Origin: Nitrosopumilus sp.
GTDB taxonomy: Archaea > Thermoproteota > Nitrososphaeria > Nitrososphaerales > Nitrosopumilaceae
Assembly (NCBI GenBank): GCA_965204345.1
Contig: OZ241981.1
Span: forward strand, 992,001-1,056,000
Length of the DNA: 64,000 nucleotides
Direction of reading: 5' to 3'
Position 1 is the first letter of the stretch. Every line of letters begins with the position of its first letter. The notes beneath the pieces were generated by a model, which saw only the letters and a program-made list of their open reading frames with translations, had not been told where the DNA came from and did no database searches. Positions 62,341 to 64,000 of this stretch are shown here, piece after piece. Made by a program: the position numbers and the translations under genes.

Positions 62341-63606
62341 TTAGATTTGCTCAAGCAGCTCTTTGGCCCTCTCAAGTGAGATGTTCTTTTCTTCAATCAT
62401 TTTTTGAACGATTTGATCTATTTGATCAGGTGTGGCACCATCACCGGCAGCTGCTGCGGCCAGGTTTCTTGCATGAAGGCGCATGTGTCCTTTTTGTATT
62501 CCTTCAGTTGAAAGGGCCCTGATTGCACTGTAGTTTTGGGCCAGCCCGGTGGCTGCCATGACACATGCAAGTTCTTGTGCAGAACCGACCCCCAAAATTT
62601 TGGCACATACCTTTGCCACAGGATGGACGTTTGCAATCCCGCCAACAATGCCAACAGAAAGAGGAATCTCCAAGGTTCCAACCAGATCTCCATTACCATC
62701 CTTGCTCCATCTGCTTAGGGAACGGTATCTTCCGGATTGTGCAGCATATGCATTTGCTGCAGCCTCAATAGCCCTGCTGTCCTGACCGACGGCATTTGCA
62801 ACAGCTATGGTTCCATTCATGATACCCTTGTTATGAGTCACTGCCCTGTACACGTCATTGTCTGCAAATTCAAACGCAGAGACAATATTATCAACTACAT
62901 CCTCACCCCCCACGGCCTCTTTTTCAAACACAGCTCTTGCCTTTGCCATTCTTCTGGTGGAATAGTTTGAGAGTATGCGCAGCAGTGCTCGCCCGCCGGT
63001 AATCTTTTCAATTAGCGGAGAGACTGCCTCACACATGGTATTAGTTACGTTTGCACCCATTGCATCGCCTACATCAATTAGCAGTTCGACAATCAGCATT
63101 GTCCCGGACGGGGCATTGATTTCTTTGCAGGAAACTTTTTTGGCGCCCTTGCCCATCTTTGATAGTGTGTTGCTTTTGGAATTTGCCAGCTGTAGAATGT
63201 CATTTGCGGAATTTTTTATCTGTGAAATTGCCAAGGATGAGTCAGCGTCTAGAATCTGTATTTGGCCAATGCTAAAGGACTCATCGGCTGTTGCCTCAAA
63301 GCCGCCCTTGATTCGTGCTATCTTTGCTCCCTTGGATGCAGCAGCTATTACAGAGGGCTCCTCAATTACCATCGGAACCACATAGTCCTTTCCGTTGATT
63401 CTAAAGTTGGTGGCAACTCCCAGTGGAAGTGAAAATGTTCCAATGGCATTCTCTACCATCCTGTCAGCTTTTTCAAAGGAGATTCCGCCATTATCGCCCT
63501 GTAAAATCTTTAGTTCTTCAGGCGTAAGGCTTGCAAAGTCTGCGACAATGTCTAGCCTCTCCTTTCTGGACTTTTCAAAAAACTTTGAAACTGATGAATC
63601 AGGCAT
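62341..63606 (-). CDS. class II HMG-CoA reductase
   Basis: ENAIG, EEPSVIAA, DAMGAN, THNKG, GHMRLH. Confidence 0.94.
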   Translation of the reverse strand: MPDSSVSKFFEKSRKERLDIVADFASLTPEELKILQGDNGGISFEKADRMVENAIGTFSLPLGVATNFRINGKDYVVPMVIEEPSVIAAASKGAKIARIKGGFEATADESFSIGQIQILDADSSLAISQIKNSANDILQLANSKSNTLSKMGKGAKKVSCKEINAPSGTMLIVELLIDVGDAMGANVTNTMCEAVSPLIEKITGGRALLRILSNYSTRRMAKARAVFEKEAVGGEDVVDNIVSAFEFADNDVYRAVTHNKGIMNGTIAVANAVGQDSRAIEAAANAYAAQSGRYRSLSRWSKDGNGDLVGTLEIPLSVGIVGGIANVHPVAKVCAKILGVGSAQELACVMAATGLAQNYSAIRALSTEGIQKGHMRLHARNLAAAAAGDGATPDQIDQIVQKMIEEKNISLERAKELLEQI

Positions 63607-63607
63607 T

Positions 63608-64000
63608 TTATTTTAATATCCTCAACAGTTTATCATCCATGCTGTCTGGAAAACCTTTTCCATCCGTATTTGAAGTAATTACATAAAGGCTGCCGTCCTG
63701 GCCTTCTGCCACATCCCTGACCCTGCCTATGCCACTGAGTATTGACTTTTGGGAGCTTAGGCCCTCATCAAAGTCTAATTGGTATAGGTTGGCAGCCCGC
63801 AGAGAGGCCATAATAAATGAGGACTCAAAATCCAGAGAGTCCCCCGAGTAGTGTAGGATACCGCCAGGTTCAATACTTGGATCATAGCAAAGAATGGCCC
63901 CTTCAAAATTCTCATCTCCGGAACATTGCTGTTCAGGCCATCCATAGTTCTTACCTGCTTGAACTAGGTTGATCTCATCGTTTTTTTCTGGTCCAAACTC
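63608..64000 (-). CDS. PQQ-dependent glucose/sorbosone dehydrogenase family, 3' part (partial)
   Basis: EFGPEKNDEINL...GKNYGWP...GRVRDV...DGSLYVITSNTDG. Confidence 0.88.
   Translation of the reverse strand, partial: EFGPEKNDEINLVQAGKNYGWPEQQCSGDENFEGAILCYDPSIEPGGILHYSGDSLDFESSFIMASLRAANLYQLDFDEGLSSQKSILSGIGRVRDVAEGQDGSLYVITSNTDGKGFPDSMDDKLLRILK

Noticed and set aside
1-64000. CRISPR array, cas genes, reverse transcriptase or DGR
   Set aside because: No regularly spaced repeat-spacer array and no RT or Cas motifs seen. The repeats found occur only 2-3 times, at kb spacing.

Overview
Genomic DNA from an ammonia-oxidising archaeon (Nitrososphaerota, Nitrosopumilus-like); the assignment is inferred from gene content. 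Core blocks: tgtA, ferredoxin, beta-CASP nuclease and ogg1 (0-4.6 kb); tRNA-Arg(TCT), complex III (Rieske, cytochrome b, cupredoxin), an S8 protease and the large S-layer protein (14-27.6 kb); a Ubl-E1 (MoaD-ThiF) fusion with a threonine-synthase-family gene (29.4-32 kb); the his operon, class II HMG-CoA reductase and a partial sugar dehydrogenase (54-64 kb). Three AT-rich accessory or decaying regions lie between them (about 4.6-14.1, 27.7-29.4 and 32.1-54.3 kb), containing toxin-antitoxin genes, IS481 and IS6-like remnants, and defence genes. The main finding is an intact 6,259-bp IS6-like unit transposon (35168-41426) with perfect 32-bp TIRs and an 8-bp TSD. It has a SWIM/Zn-ribbon DDE transposase and carries a Type III R-M system whose mod gene is out of frame across a G10 tract, a candidate phase-variable methyltransferase in an archaeon. 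The second finding is a three-gene operon (COMMD-like protein, DUF5678-like protein, retropepsin-like protease) bracketed by identical 61-bp direct repeats. All family assignments come from motif recognition by eye, not database searches.
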